DNA from: an uncultured archaeon
GTDB taxonomy: Archaea; Aenigmatarchaeota; Aenigmatarchaeia; CG10238-14; SCSR01
Assembly (NCBI GenBank): GCA_964373665.1
Contig: CAYJVM010000004.1
Location: 1-57,130 of the forward strand
DNA: 57,130 nucleotides
Reading direction: 5' to 3'
Every line of letters begins with the position of its first letter. Positions within the stretch are counted from its first letter, which is position 1. Shown piece after piece: positions 46,612-56,858 of this stretch. The notes under the pieces were generated by a model that worked only from the letters and a program-made list of their open reading frames with translations, searched no databases and had not been told where the DNA came from. The position numbers and the translations under genes were made by a program.

Positions 46612-47759
46612 CTTGTACCAGCTTTTCTTTCTAAATAGGTAGGTATATTTAACATTTTATACAAGTCATTTACTTTCCAATAATTCCAAATATGCTTTAC
46701 CCCAAAAGCGTTTCCTATATTTTCCCCTGATGGATAATGTCCATTTCCTACTTCATTTTTTATGAAGTCTAAAATCTCTTGAAGTAATTTTTGTCTTATT
46801 TTTTCTTTCAAATGCTTACTTTTAAAGTATCTCGATCTAAACAAAGAAATTCTAATATTGGATTTTTCATAAACTTCGTCCATACTTTTGAAATAACTAT
46901 ATACGCTTAAATGTAGGTCTCTCAAAATCTCATCATATCCAACACATATTCCTTCTTTTGACTTTTGTTGAACATAATGAAGTATCTTATTCCGTCTTAT
47001 TTCTCTGTCCTTCGTCTCTATATGGATGCTCTTTTCCCTAATTCTTTTTAGAATTTTCTTTTCTTTATCATCACAATACTTAATTAGTTTTTCGTATGTG
47101 AATATCTTTAGCCAAGATGGGATTTGTTTGGGAATACTTGAAGTTGTTGTAAATAGTAAAACTCGATTTAACTTATATCCCACTCTGTATTTTTCCAACT
47201 GAGCTATATCCTTTTTCTTAACTTTTTCGTATTCGCTATAAGCTTTTAGTTCTATGCCAAGTTTCCCCTTTGGGGTATCTAGTAATAAATCTATTCCTTT
47301 TTGATGAGGTTTTGCTACCGATAAAATATCAATCTCTCCTCTCTTCATTATGTTGACTGCTACTCTCTGTAAATCTTTAGCTTTTGCAACTTTGAGCGCT
47401 TGGTTTTCTATTTGTTTATACTGGATATTCGACGCTCTATATAGTTCTTTAATTCCATCTGGGAAATATGTTAACAAGTCCATATTAAATTTTCTTTTTA
47501 TTTCTCTATGTGTTGGGTAGTAACCTTTCTTCACAGATTTTGTAACATATTCAATCAAAGACTTCTTTACTTTCTCTCTCATTCTCTTAGATTTATTTGG
47601 AACCTTCAGAAAGTCTATTTTTAGTTTGTTATATATTTTATCAATAGTCAGATCAAAATCGTATATCCTAAACTTCTTATGTAACTCTGTTCCAGTCGGA
47701 TATTTTCCATTCTCTATGGATTGGTTGACAAAATTTAGTACTGCACTAATCTTTTCCAT
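46608..47759 (-). CDS. PD-(D/E)xK restriction-endonuclease-like protein with repeated helical modules
   Basis: KGIDLLL...GIELKAY core; recurring G.YP(T/S)..EI...F modules; AT-rich. Confidence 0.7.
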   Translation of the reverse strand: MEKISAVLNFVNQSIENGKYPTGTELHKKFRIYDFDLTIDKIYNKLKIDFLKVPNKSKRMREKVKKSLIEYVTKSVKKGYYPTHREIKRKFNMDLLTYFPDGIKELYRASNIQYKQIENQALKVAKAKDLQRVAVNIMKRGEIDILSVAKPHQKGIDLLLDTPKGKLGIELKAYSEYEKVKKKDIAQLEKYRVGYKLNRVLLFTTTSSIPKQIPSWLKIFTYEKLIKYCDDKEKKILKRIREKSIHIETKDREIRRNKILHYVQQKSKEGICVGYDEILRDLHLSVYSYFKSMDEVYEKSNIRISLFRSRYFKSKHLKEKIRQKLLQEILDFIKNEVGNGHYPSGENIGNAFGVKHIWNYWKVNDLYKMLNIPTYLERKAGTS

Positions 47760-47842
47760 ATTATTTTATGGCTTGCAATATTTATAACATTCTACTAACG
47801 TAGAATAGAGTTAAACTTTTCTTCTTTAAAAAAAAAAGTAGT

Positions 47843-48589
47843 ATGGTAATGAAACACGATAAAACGCTTTTATTATTGGGAAAAGACGAATCTTATTTGA
47901 TTAAAGCGGGCAATGATATCAATACGAAAAGCGGGATCATAAAATCTAAGGATTTGCTGAAGAGCAGATTTGGCGGGAAGATTAAAACACACTTGGGGAA
48001 GGAGTTCCTTGTTGCCAAACCTACTATTCTTGACATGATTCATAGAAAGTTTAAGCGTGGCGCTCAAGTCATACTACCGAAAGATATGGGAATGATCCTT
48101 GCATACACTGGAATTTCTCCTGACAGCTTGATCGTGGACGCGGGTACTGGTAGTGCATATCTTTCTGTCATGCTGGCGAACTTTTTACCTAATGGTAAGA
48201 TCGTGACTTATGAGAAGGACAAGAGGTTTGTCAAAGTTGCCAATGAGAACATAAAGGTTTCTGGATTGATGAATGTGAAGTTGAAGAGGATGGACATTTT
48301 CAAAGGAATCAGCGAGAAGAATGTTGATCTGGTGACATTGGATCTGCAATATCCTGAAAGGGTTGTAAAGCATGCATACAAATCCCTTAAAGTTGGTGGG
48401 TGGCTAGTTGTTTATTCGCCTACAATTGAAGAGGTAATAAAAGTTTCAAAAGAATTAAAGAAGTATTTTTCTGATATAAAAACTGTGGAGAACATTGTTA
48501 GAGAGTGGAAGACCGACAGGACGACGAGGCCGAGAAATATGGGACTAGTGCACACTGGATGGTTGTTGTTCGCCAGGAAATTGACTTAG
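47843..48589 (+). CDS. trmI: tRNA (adenine-N1)-methyltransferase
   Basis: RGAQVILPKD, DAGTGSAYLS, LDL and HTGWL motifs. Confidence 0.93.
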   Translation: MVMKHDKTLLLLGKDESYLIKAGNDINTKSGIIKSKDLLKSRFGGKIKTHLGKEFLVAKPTILDMIHRKFKRGAQVILPKDMGMILAYTGISPDSLIVDAGTGSAYLSVMLANFLPNGKIVTYEKDKRFVKVANENIKVSGLMNVKLKRMDIFKGISEKNVDLVTLDLQYPERVVKHAYKSLKVGGWLVVYSPTIEEVIKVSKELKKYFSDIKTVENIVREWKTDRTTRPRNMGLVHTGWLLFARKLT

Positions 48590-48663
48590 GGGTCGTAGTA
48601 TAGCTTGGTTTAGTACCCGCGCCTCGGGCGTGCGGAACCTGGGTTCAAATCCCAGCGACCCCA
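48589..48663 (+). tRNA. tRNA-Pro(CGG), intronless
   Basis: GGGGTCG/CGACCCC acceptor; CGCGC-CTCGGGC-GTGCG anticodon arm; CTGGG-TTCAAAT-CCCAG T-arm. Confidence 0.95.
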
Positions 48664-48709
48664 CTTCCGTGGCTAATCACACAATGCTTAAAACTTTTAC
48701 TTAACACAA

Positions 48710-49615
48710 GTGTTTAGTGATTCCGTGTTGAATGCTGCGCAATCGATTATAAGAGGCGGTGTAAGATCATTGAGGCTTGGCAATGCCTGGAATAAGAGAC
48801 TGTATGAAATGGCTTCCAAAGTCGATCCTGATGTCAGGGATTATTTGTTGTCTAAAAGCACAGAAGCAGGACCAAAGGGGTACATAGGACAGGTGTTTTA
48901 CGCAATCAACGGCGGCCGAGATCCAATGGTTTCTAATGCAATTGGTCTGGATTCTTCGGAAATATTGATGGTTTATAGACTTTGTGACGACACGGTGGAC
49001 GTGCCTGAAATGACGAAAGTGGATAAACAGCTGATGATTGAACAATATTGGGATGTGTTTCGCGGTCGGGATTTCGAAGGGTGTAATGTTCCGCAAAGAG
49101 CTGCTGCGTTTCTTGTCAAAGACTTGCACAGAAGATTCTTCAGATACGACAGATTCGCAGCGTCATTCCAAAACCTCATGGGATATTTGATACGCAATCT
49201 CTACATTAGGAACAAAGACGAAGCTCTGACAAGTGCGAAAGGTGTCGGAGCATATTGTATTAACACATTGACTTTATTAACGGATTTTTACGAAGGTAAT
49301 CTGAAAGACAGTGTTGAAGAAGCTGGGAAAAGATTCGGTGCCGCGGCGCAGCTTTTGGACGATCTAGTCGATGCAGAGGAAAACATGAAAGAATGTATAG
49401 ATACTTATCCAGTCCTCAGATTGATGGAATACGCAGACTTGACGAGAATGGGATTGTTTTTGCATGGAATTGACAGGGAAGTTATTGGTTTGGCTTTGGA
49501 GGAATTGAGAGAAGGTGAAGCTGTTTTGGGAACTGAAAGGGAGAGAAGACTATACCGTGATTTGTCTATATTATTGCTTGTCAGATCGATGGCTAGCTAT
49601 ATATTGCGAGTCTAG
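48710..49615 (+). CDS. Class I isoprenoid/terpene synthase-fold protein
   Basis: Two Asp-rich motifs, CDDTVD and QLLDDLVD. Confidence 0.65.
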   Translation: MFSDSVLNAAQSIIRGGVRSLRLGNAWNKRLYEMASKVDPDVRDYLLSKSTEAGPKGYIGQVFYAINGGRDPMVSNAIGLDSSEILMVYRLCDDTVDVPEMTKVDKQLMIEQYWDVFRGRDFEGCNVPQRAAAFLVKDLHRRFFRYDRFAASFQNLMGYLIRNLYIRNKDEALTSAKGVGAYCINTLTLLTDFYEGNLKDSVEEAGKRFGAAAQLLDDLVDAEENMKECIDTYPVLRLMEYADLTRMGLFLHGIDREVIGLALEELREGEAVLGTERERRLYRDLSILLLVRSMASYILRV

Positions 49616-50500
49616 TCTTATGCTATTTCTCCACATTTTCCGGGAAAGTAGGAGTTTGACGAACTCGTACATGACGTAAAGCTCCAATGCAAATGGTCCA
49701 TACGCCAGAAATCCCACTGCGGGTATCTCATATATCTTGATGTTCTCTAGTATCGGAACAGTGTAATACCATTTAATGTGGGCATTGTAGTTCCAGAACT
49801 CCCAAAGGAATCCGCATATGTACCCAGCTATCATCAAATAAATCACTAAAGTATAGTTTTTGGTAATGATGTTGTGCAATAACGATTTTTTCCTCACGAA
49901 AATGTAGAGTATGGGATCTATAAGGAAGATGAACCCTGTCCATACATATACCCACATCCACGGCGTAGTTACTGCGAAAGGTAGGAGAATGAATATCACT
50001 CCGACGGCAAACAGGATGTATGCCATAAAGTCGGTGTGTGGAATCTTACTTCTACTTCTCTTTGCAGTGAACAGTTTAAGACAGCCCAAAAATTCCGATG
50101 TCTCTAGGATGGCAGGTATTACGGTGGTGAAGGCAATGCCACCCATTAGAAAAGTTACCAGTCTCGACTCGGGAAGGTTTACGTAATACCAGCCTTGGAA
50201 CTGGGCGAACTTGTTGTAGATTTCGAAAATGAACCAAAAGTTGATTGAGACAAGGGACATCATGAAGAGTTTGTGACGTTTGTTGACCAGATATGAGCTG
50301 CCTTTTATCGCGTAGACAAAGCTGTCAATCAGAAGAATATAACCTATCCACACAATTGCTGTGAAGAAAGTGGCGAACGGCTGTATCTGGAGCAGCATGG
50401 TAAATTGGGCGAATAGTATGATGGTTGTCCCAGCTATCCCATACCATCTGAACATGACTATAATTTGGGAATTATCTATTTTAGAATTGCGGTTAATCAT
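49571..50500 (-). CDS. Polytopic membrane protein
   Basis: About 8 TM helices; GFLWEFWNY and YEIPAVGFLAYGPF motifs. Confidence 0.75.
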   Translation of the reverse strand: MINRNSKIDNSQIIVMFRWYGIAGTTIILFAQFTMLLQIQPFATFFTAIVWIGYILLIDSFVYAIKGSSYLVNKRHKLFMMSLVSINFWFIFEIYNKFAQFQGWYYVNLPESRLVTFLMGGIAFTTVIPAILETSEFLGCLKLFTAKRSRSKIPHTDFMAYILFAVGVIFILLPFAVTTPWMWVYVWTGFIFLIDPILYIFVRKKSLLHNIITKNYTLVIYLMIAGYICGFLWEFWNYNAHIKWYYTVPILENIKIYEIPAVGFLAYGPFALELYVMYEFVKLLLSRKMWRNSIRLDSQYIASHRSDKQ

Positions 50501-50513
50501 CTATCTATAGAAT

Positions 50514-52706
50514 TCAAAACTTTTGCAAAGTAGCCTGTTTCTCCTCTTTAACTTTTACATCGTCGCCCAATTGTTTTTTCACACTATTTGCAATCTTCGA
50601 ACCCAATATCCTAGATAAATTTTCTATTGGCGTTTTCTTCAATTTGTCCAAAGTCGTAAAGCCGGCATTAAATAATCTTCTAGCTCTAATTCTTCCAACA
50701 TCTTTCAGCTTTACAAGGGGTATCAGCTCCTCTCGAATTCCATATTTCATCCTTACTCTCAGTTTCCTCACAAGCGTGAGGATGCCCTTATGTCCTTCTA
50801 ACAATGACAGCTCGTGCAGCGCATAAAGCAGCCAATCAACATTTCTCAGTCTGGTGGACAATTCACCTGGGGCAACATTGAATCTATTCAATATCTGGTC
50901 TTCGGTCATTTCGTTAATCCAAGAACTGAGTATCATTGATAGCTTCACCGACTTTATGAAATCATCGAACTCTAGATCAAACTCTTCCGGAATGTCCTCT
51001 AAAATGCTAGATCTGTTCTTCAGAAGAAACTGTTCCAACTCTTCCATCTCTCGCAACCCAACAGACAATAAAGGCCTCATTTCAATACTGTTCGACAATA
51101 GCTGTAGGAAGCTCAATTCGTTAACTTTCCTTTTATTAATCGTTCCAAGAGCTTCTATAAACTTGCGTCCTGTTAGCGGATCCAGATAAAGTTCAGATAT
51201 CCTCTTCCCTATCCTAGTTGCAGTCAGCTTGTCGCCTTTCTTTGCAATGAATTTCCATTTTGTTAATGACTCTACAATTTCATCAATCTTCTGCTCCACT
51301 AACGACATGTCTCCATACTGGTGGGCGTAAAAGGTTCTGGAGAAAAATTTCATCAATGTCTCATGGGAACTAGAGAATCCACTCGCAATCAAGGAAAGTG
51401 TGTGCATTCTCAATGCCGGCTCTGATGCAAGTTTGGACCTTATCTTCTCTGGTTCTCCGTAAATATAATGTTTTATCAAGTCCTTCGCATCGCCCTCAGT
51501 CTTTGCAAGCAGTATAGATTCGCCGAAACTGTCGTATGTGGGCCTTCCTGCCCTTCCGACAAACTGCTTGTACTCAAGAACAGGGATGTACATCGAACCT
51601 ACCCCGGGGTAATATCTCTTAGCATCCCTTATAACGACCCTGAATGCAGGAAGATTCACGCCCATCGCTAACGTCGGTGTCGCGACAATGGCTTTAATCA
51701 GGCCGTTCCTAAAATTCTCTTCTATCAGCCTCTTCTGTGCGCCAAGAAGTCCTGCATGGTGGAATGCGACTCCAGCCCTGATGCACTTGGCCACTCGCAC
51801 ACACTGTCTCGTAGGACTCTCCAACACACTTTCTATCTCACCTGCCAATTTTTGTAATTGTGGAACCTCGCCTTTCTTCAACTCGAGCTTTGTCGTCTGG
51901 CATAACCTCTCCGCAAGGCTCTCTGCGTTTTTCCTCGTGGATGTGAAAAATAACGCCTGCTTGTCCAAGGAAATCGTGTTCTTCACTATAGAATTTTCTA
52001 CATCGGTCTTGTCATCAATTTCGTAACCTTCCTTGTCATCAAAGTGTATTCTTGAATTGAACGAAACCCCTTCGTAAAGCTTCACGGGCCTGAAATCGCT
52101 GAGTACCAATGTCGAATTAGTCCACTTGGCAAGCTCATCAGCATTGCTTATGGTTGCAGACAAGCCCAGAACTTGCGCCTGAGGAATAAGCATCTTGAGC
52201 TTTGTCAACAAAACTTCCAGCGTAGGCCCGCGTGAAGTGTCGTCAAGCATATGAATCTCGTCCGCGATGACAAGCCTGATCTTGCTAACCCACTGAATAT
52301 TATGCCTCAACAGGCTTTCGAATTTTTCAGTCGTCATGCAGATGACATCATAATCTGCAAGCCACTGGTCAGATGAATCATAGTCGCCGATACTAATAGC
52401 TGTCTTGTAGTCCTTGCCGAAAAAAATCTTAAAGTAATCATACTTTTCATACGCTAACGCAACGAGCGGAGCTATGTAAACTGCCTTAGTTCCTTCGAAT
52501 TCTGTAAGGGCGTGAACCATTGCCATGGTTGCAATCAACGTCTTTCCGCTTGCAGTCGGCAAAGAAAGGATAAGGTTCTTTCCCTTAAACAATCCTTTCT
52601 TTACAATGTCAGCCTGAGGAGGATATAATGCTTTAATCTTCTCATCCTTCAGCCTTTCAACATACTTTGCCGGTATGCCATGGCTAACCAGATCTTCGAG
52701 TTGCAT
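50514..52706 (-). CDS. hel308: Ski2-like DNA helicase Hel308
   Basis: PTASGKT, DEIH, HHAGL, GVNLPA, GRAGRP; C-terminal HhH. Confidence 0.95.
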   Translation of the reverse strand: MQLEDLVSHGIPAKYVERLKDEKIKALYPPQADIVKKGLFKGKNLILSLPTASGKTLIATMAMVHALTEFEGTKAVYIAPLVALAYEKYDYFKIFFGKDYKTAISIGDYDSSDQWLADYDVICMTTEKFESLLRHNIQWVSKIRLVIADEIHMLDDTSRGPTLEVLLTKLKMLIPQAQVLGLSATISNADELAKWTNSTLVLSDFRPVKLYEGVSFNSRIHFDDKEGYEIDDKTDVENSIVKNTISLDKQALFFTSTRKNAESLAERLCQTTKLELKKGEVPQLQKLAGEIESVLESPTRQCVRVAKCIRAGVAFHHAGLLGAQKRLIEENFRNGLIKAIVATPTLAMGVNLPAFRVVIRDAKRYYPGVGSMYIPVLEYKQFVGRAGRPTYDSFGESILLAKTEGDAKDLIKHYIYGEPEKIRSKLASEPALRMHTLSLIASGFSSSHETLMKFFSRTFYAHQYGDMSLVEQKIDEIVESLTKWKFIAKKGDKLTATRIGKRISELYLDPLTGRKFIEALGTINKRKVNELSFLQLLSNSIEMRPLLSVGLREMEELEQFLLKNRSSILEDIPEEFDLEFDDFIKSVKLSMILSSWINEMTEDQILNRFNVAPGELSTRLRNVDWLLYALHELSLLEGHKGILTLVRKLRVRMKYGIREELIPLVKLKDVGRIRARRLFNAGFTTLDKLKKTPIENLSRILGSKIANSVKKQLGDDVKVKEEKQATLQKF

Positions 52707-52750
52707 GAATAGAATATCTATTTATAATATTTCTATTTGATACAGGTAGT

Positions 52751-53725
52751 ATGATAGCGCTGGGGATCGAGTCCACTGCTCACACTCTTGGTATAGGCGT
52801 GGTTAATGAGAATTGTGATATTTTAGCTAATGTTCGGGACATGTTCAAGCCTCCTGTAGGCAAAGGTTTCATCCCTAGCGACCTTGCAGAACACCATATC
52901 AATATGGCGTCACAACTGCTTTCTGCTGTCAAGGAAAAGGTTGATTTATCTAATGTCGATGTCATTGCCTTTTCCAAAGGAATGGGGATTCCGAATGCGT
53001 TGAAAGTCGGCGCGGTCCTTGCCAGATATTTGTCAAGAAAATACGACAAGCCATTGCTTGGGGTAAACCATGGAGTCGCGCACATAGAAATTGGAAAGGC
53101 GAAGACCAGTTCAAAAGACCCTGTTGTAGTATACCTTTCTGGCGGGAACTCGCAGATACTGGCCTACTTAGATGGCCGCTATAGGGTGTTTGGTGAGACA
53201 TTGGACATACCAGTGGGCAACGCATTTGACGTCTTGGCACGGGAAATGAACCTCCAGATGCCTGGTGGTCCTGAGATAGAAAAACTTGCATTAAAGGGAA
53301 GTTTCATTGACTTGCCGTACACCGTCAAAGGGATGGATATGTCATTCAGCGGTCTGCTTACCGCCGCTTCTGACAGATTAAAGAACTTGCGTGAGGAAGA
53401 CATTGCATATTCCTTTCAGGAGATAAGCTTTTCCATGCTCTCTGAAGTTACCGAACGTGCTCTAGCTCACACAGGGAAAAATGAGGTTCTTCTGGTGGGC
53501 GGCGTCTCTGCAAACAAGAGGTTGCAGGAAATCATGAATACCATGTGTGAAGATAGGAATGCGGAAATGCACGTTGTACCGCAAGAGTTCTCTGGGGATA
53601 ATGGGATAATGATCGGTTGGAATGGGGTCTTGGCTTATGAAAGCGGTCGGAAGGGCGACATAGCATCAAGTGGCGTAAAACAAGACTGGAGAACCGATGA
53701 TGTGGAAATTACTTGGATTAGATGA
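52751..53725 (+). CDS. kae1: t6A biosynthesis protein Kae1 (KEOPS)
   Basis: GIESTAH, NHGVAHIE, GETLDI and GDNG motifs. Confidence 0.96.
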   Translation: MIALGIESTAHTLGIGVVNENCDILANVRDMFKPPVGKGFIPSDLAEHHINMASQLLSAVKEKVDLSNVDVIAFSKGMGIPNALKVGAVLARYLSRKYDKPLLGVNHGVAHIEIGKAKTSSKDPVVVYLSGGNSQILAYLDGRYRVFGETLDIPVGNAFDVLAREMNLQMPGGPEIEKLALKGSFIDLPYTVKGMDMSFSGLLTAASDRLKNLREEDIAYSFQEISFSMLSEVTERALAHTGKNEVLLVGGVSANKRLQEIMNTMCEDRNAEMHVVPQEFSGDNGIMIGWNGVLAYESGRKGDIASSGVKQDWRTDDVEITWIR

Positions 53726-53981
53726 GTTCGCTTTCGCTTATTATTACAAAGTCCCCAACTGACTTGACGGACGTGAATGGGATGAGCATCCTGCCATTGT
53801 CGTCTGACTTTAGATTCATATCGGTCAGGTGTTTTGTAGCCTGGTCAACCACTATATTTAAAAGCTCGCCACTTTCAGTTATAAAGTCTATATTGGTCAC
53901 TATACCGAACTTTCTTCCTGTCTCTTCACTGATTATGGTCTTTCCTACCAGGTCACCAGCTCTGATTCTGTTGTCAGCCAT
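53718..53981 (-). CDS. PRC-barrel domain protein
   Basis: LVGKTIISEETGRKFGIV...IPFTSVKSVGDFVII. Confidence 0.88.
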   Translation of the reverse strand: MADNRIRAGDLVGKTIISEETGRKFGIVTNIDFITESGELLNIVVDQATKHLTDMNLKSDDNGRMLIPFTSVKSVGDFVIISESELI

Positions 53982-54023
53982 AGAACTCTAACATATTATT
54001 CGTCTTATAATTTAATAAAGATT

Positions 54024-54551
54024 ATGGTTCGGTCCTTTATAGCCATTCCGCTTCCCGACGAAATCAAACAGCATGTCTCGGACGTGCAGAAACGCCTTGA
54101 GAAACTTCCCATAGACGCGAAATTTGTGGAAAAGGATAACCTGCACATAACCCTTTCATTTTTAGGAGACAGGAATGATGTTGAGATAAGGAACGTCTCT
54201 AGAGTTTTAGACGAGGTATGCTCCAGGCATAGGAAATTCACTGCCAACATTAACAACATCGAACTTATACCTAACGAAACCTACCTTAGAGTGATTTCCC
54301 TCGATACTGCGGACGCGGAAATGGAAAGCCTGAGGATTGACATATCCAAAGCCATAGAAGGCGACAGCAAGCCTTCACACCTAACTCTTTGCCGGGTAAG
54401 AAGCGTGGGTGACAAGCATCTATTCAAAGCGGGCTTGCAGACAATAAAGGTGCTGCTGTCCTTTGAAGTGAATGAAGTTGTCCTATTCGAAAGTAAGTTG
54501 GGCGTGCATGGCCCAGTGTACTCAGTCTTACACAAAAGCGCTCTGGCCTAA
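54024..54551 (+). CDS. thpR: RNA 2',3'-cyclic phosphodiesterase (2H family)
   Basis: Two HxT motifs (LHITLSFLG and HLTLCR). Confidence 0.92.
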   Translation: MVRSFIAIPLPDEIKQHVSDVQKRLEKLPIDAKFVEKDNLHITLSFLGDRNDVEIRNVSRVLDEVCSRHRKFTANINNIELIPNETYLRVISLDTADAEMESLRIDISKAIEGDSKPSHLTLCRVRSVGDKHLFKAGLQTIKVLLSFEVNEVVLFESKLGVHGPVYSVLHKSALA

Positions 54552-55325
54552 CCTTATTAGGTTGACTATGTCCCTCTCGGTAATGATCCCGATAAGCCTG
54601 CCTTCCTTAACAACCGGTGCACCGCCGAAAGCGCTTCTGGCAAACAGCTTTACTGCATCCCGTATGCTGTTTTCCTCAGATAGTGTGTAGACTGAAGTTT
54701 TCATTATGTTGGATACTAGCTCGCTCATAGACCCAATGTTAAAATTCCATATCCGTAAATGGTCTAGTATGTCATGCGACGTCACGATACCCACAAGTCT
54801 CTTGTCCTGGACCACTGGAAACCTTCTATAGTGTGTGTTTATCATGCTCTTAGCGCAGTCGAAGACTGTCATATGTGGACTGGTAAAAAATGGCTTTTTG
54901 GTCATTACGTCATGAACAGTGGGGTATTCCTCAAATCTTGCCAACTGGAGGCAATCTCGCTCGTTAACCATACCTACAAGCTTCTTTCCTGAGACTATAG
55001 GCATGCCGCCGACATTGTATCTTTTCATAATTCTAACTGCATCTCCTATGCTGGATGTTATGCTACACGAAACGGTGTTTTTTCCTACAAGTGAATCTAT
55101 CCTTGTTTGAGGTGCATGCCCATTCAACACCGCATTTATGATGTCTGTCTGTGTCAACACTCCAACTAAAGTTTTATCCTTGCTTATAATTGGAACCCTC
55201 CTGTGTTCAGACATGACCCCTGATATTTTGTGGATGTTGTCATTATGCATGCTGATCCTGTGATTTGTATTCATGATCAATTTCACTTTTTTATCCAAAT
55301 CTACCAGAGTCGTAGAAGCTTGCAA
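54528..55325 (-). CDS. CBS-domain protein (two CBS pairs)
   Basis: Repeated PVV...LVGI(V/I)T..D motifs. Confidence 0.9.
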   Translation of the reverse strand: MQASTTLVDLDKKVKLIMNTNHRISMHNDNIHKISGVMSEHRRVPIISKDKTLVGVLTQTDIINAVLNGHAPQTRIDSLVGKNTVSCSITSSIGDAVRIMKRYNVGGMPIVSGKKLVGMVNERDCLQLARFEEYPTVHDVMTKKPFFTSPHMTVFDCAKSMINTHYRRFPVVQDKRLVGIVTSHDILDHLRIWNFNIGSMSELVSNIMKTSVYTLSEENSIRDAVKLFARSAFGGAPVVKEGRLIGIITERDIVNLIRLGQSAFV

Positions 55326-55362
55326 CTAGAACCACCGTAAATGAGAATTCGGTTTTGTAGTA

Positions 55363-55686
55363 TTAATCATTAGTAAAGCTTTCCAACGGAACACCGTCAT
55401 TTAAATGAATCACTTTTTTCGGCGGCAACACCCTGATCTTATTATAGCCGAAATCGACGACTACGAAAAAAGGAAAGCCTTCAAACGTGTCCTTTTCATA
55501 CCCGTAGTAATAGAAGGTTTTTTTACTTGTCGACTTGATTTGGAACAACACACAACTGCTGTTTTTCAAGCAGATGAGGTCCGCCTCACCTAGGCTCGCG
55601 CCAGCCCGTATCACGGTCCACCCCTTCTTCTGAAAATGCAGCCTTATCTTCCTCTCCACCATGTACCCTTTCCGCTTGTTTGCCAC
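55363..55686 (-). CDS. hjc: Archaeal Holliday junction resolvase Hjc-like
   Basis: RKGYMVER, VIRAGASLGEADLI and FQIKST motifs. Confidence 0.8.
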   Translation of the reverse strand: MANKRKGYMVERKIRLHFQKKGWTVIRAGASLGEADLICLKNSSCVLFQIKSTSKKTFYYYGYEKDTFEGFPFFVVVDFGYNKIRVLPPKKVIHLNDGVPLESFTND

Positions 55687-55713
55687 AATTAAATATTTTA
55701 ATCTTAAGATAAA

Positions 55714-56400
55714 ATGATGATAATGAACATTGCTGTATTGGGTTGCATACATGGCGATATAGAAAACATTATGAAATTCTTGGACAAGGTATCAGCATTC
55801 AAGATAGACGCTTTTGTCTGTCCTGGAGACTTTACCGACCACGCCACGCCTAAAGGCTTTAGTAGGACTGACTTGGTTAGGATATTTTTGGAGGAACTGA
55901 ATGGGTTTGGGAAGCCGATCATCACTGTTCCTGGAAGCTGGGATAAGGATGTTATAGACTTTTTAAAGAGGGAAAGCACCAGTGTCCATGGGGAAGGGAA
56001 AATTATAAATGGTATTGGATTTTATGGCTACGGCGGCGCTAGGACGCCTTTCAGAACACCATTTGAACCTTCGGAAGGTGAGATTTTACTGGGGTTGGAA
56101 AAGGCGTTTAGTGAAGTAAAAAACGCGAATATTAAGATCCAGGTGACTCACACTCCGCCACAAAACACTAAAGTGGATGTCATTTCAACTGGCGCACACG
56201 TCGGCTCTCCAACAGTTAGGGAGTTTATTGAAACCAATCAGCCGGACGTGGCCGTTTGTGCCCATATTCATGAGGGGAGGGGAGTTGATAGTTTGAAAGG
56301 TACTAGAATAATAAACTGCGGCAGATTTCCTGAGGGTCATTTTGGGCTGATAAGTGTTGATGGTCAAAAAATTGACGTTAAACTAGGCGATGTGATATAG
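55714..56400 (+). CDS. Metallophosphoesterase (Icc-like)
   Basis: CIHG, GDFTD, PGSWD, THTPP and AHIHE motifs. Confidence 0.9.
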   Translation: MMIMNIAVLGCIHGDIENIMKFLDKVSAFKIDAFVCPGDFTDHATPKGFSRTDLVRIFLEELNGFGKPIITVPGSWDKDVIDFLKRESTSVHGEGKIINGIGFYGYGGARTPFRTPFEPSEGEILLGLEKAFSEVKNANIKIQVTHTPPQNTKVDVISTGAHVGSPTVREFIETNQPDVAVCAHIHEGRGVDSLKGTRIINCGRFPEGHFGLISVDGQKIDVKLGDVI

Positions 56401-56462
56401 CTACTTGAGCATATAAATCCATTTTAAAGGCAATCCCGAACTCCTATTTCCTGTCGGTGTGA

Positions 56463-56858
56463 TTGATGGATCAAAAAATTTTTGGGGGGTATGTGGAAAA
56501 TGAAACTTTACGGGAAACAACGACGATTGTCGATAGGGCAATCGAACTCGCTGAAAGATTGGATTTTTTAGACATACAAATTTTAAGGAAATTTTACATG
56601 ACTGGTAAGGATTTTCCATACGACTGCCAGCCCCACTGCTTCCCGATACTATACCGGGAAATGCGGACTGTCAACAAGTTAAAGATTGGTGTAGAGGGGT
56701 TTAGGAAGAGGTTGGAGCGTCTTGTGGGTAGTGGTATGTTGTTGAAGATAAAACACTCAAATCCTGTAAGTTACGAACCGCTCAGAGATAAGGATTTGTT
56801 TGTAAAGGCCGTTATCACTAAGTTTTTCTTAATTAATGGATTAACTAAATTTTTATGA
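56463..56858 (+). CDS. Hypothetical protein, wHTH-like
   Basis: LDFLDIQILRKF...GFRKRLERLVGSGMLLKI. Confidence 0.6.
   Translation: MMDQKIFGGYVENETLRETTTIVDRAIELAERLDFLDIQILRKFYMTGKDFPYDCQPHCFPILYREMRTVNKLKIGVEGFRKRLERLVGSGMLLKIKHSNPVSYEPLRDKDLFVKAVITKFFLINGLTKFL

Noticed and set aside
565..56619. Numerous 60-185-aa antisense or alternative-frame ORFs (e.g. 14677-15117, 17708-18187, 24914-25411, 26269-26823)
   Set aside because: They lie opposite or within well-supported genes and show no motifs; treated as shadow ORFs.
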